NCBI GenBank assembly: GCA_038087875.1
Contig: CM075991.1
Coordinates: forward strand, 5,270,001 to 5,334,000
DNA length: 64,000 nt
Reading direction: 5' to 3'
Origin: Malacoraja senta
Taxonomy: Eukaryota
The position numbers and the translations under genes were made by a program. The notes beneath the pieces are model-generated. The model was not told the origin of the DNA. It did no database searches and saw nothing but the letters and a program-made list of their open reading frames with translations. Numbering within the stretch: the first letter of the stretch is position 1; each line of letters begins with the position of its first letter. This document shows positions 63,523 to 64,000 of this stretch, one piece after another.

Positions 63523-63833
63523 GGGTAACACAGTGATGCGGCTGGTACAGGTGGTGCCTTGCAGTATCAGAGACCCAGTTTGATCGTCATCTCGGGTGCT
63601 GTCTATGTGGAGTTCACACATTCACCCTGTGGCAGCGTGGGTTTCCTCCAGGTGCTCTAGTTTCCTCCCACATCTCAATGACATGTGGGTTTGTAGGTTC
63701 ATTGGCCAGTGTAAAACTGCCCCTAAAGTGTTGGGAATGAATGAGAAAGTGGGTTAACTTAGAATTGGTGATCGATGGAAGCATGGACATGGGGGGCCGA
63801 GGGGTCTGTTTCGAAACTGTATCTCTAAACTAA
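63523..63833 (+). mobile_element. HE1-type SINE (diverged)
   Basis: Consensus motifs and (CTAAA) tail. Confidence 0.8.
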
Positions 63834-64000
63834 ACCTTATCAATTGCCTTTTGAAATTCAAGAGTCTTATTAATTTACTGGATGTGAGTATTTTAGCAGG
63901 GCTGCATTTATTTATTGCCTGCACTTTTGTTTTACATGTACATGCAATGGTGAGCTGACCTCCTCAATCACTGCTGCCTTTGGTGAAAGTACTTAGACAG

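Overview
Repeat-dominated eukaryotic genomic DNA, most likely from a cartilaginous fish (skate or ray; inferred from HE1-type tRNA/V-SINEs, CR1/HER1-type LINE tails, and Rex1/Babar and Penelope-like elements). It contains two 200-N scaffold gaps. The only host coding sequence I can identify is the terminal coding exon of BIN3 (minus strand, 49698-49844). The rest of the ORF track is mostly repeat-derived noise. About 35 SINE copies or fragments, about 30 CR1 3' fragments, several Rex1-type LINE pieces, PIF/Harbinger-type MITEs and many Penelope-derived fold-back elements are nested inside one another. The notable observations are: (1) a 354-bp element with perfect 26-bp TGT...ACA inverted termini and a 5-bp TSD that carries a stop-free Gypsy pol fragment (Ginger-like or integrase-mobilised mini element); (2) a dispersed Penelope-derived family carrying minimal hammerhead-ribozyme cores and long fold-back arms; (3) a 33-nt 18S rRNA fragment abutting a SINE head; (4) an unclassified 1036-bp TIR element with a 7-bp TSD; (5) short (GAA)n-tailed Vingi-like inserts; (6) a 1.26-kb duplication across the first gap that is probably an assembly artefact. 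Family assignments come from recalled consensus or protein motifs, not from database searches. Boundaries of degenerate repeats are approximate.
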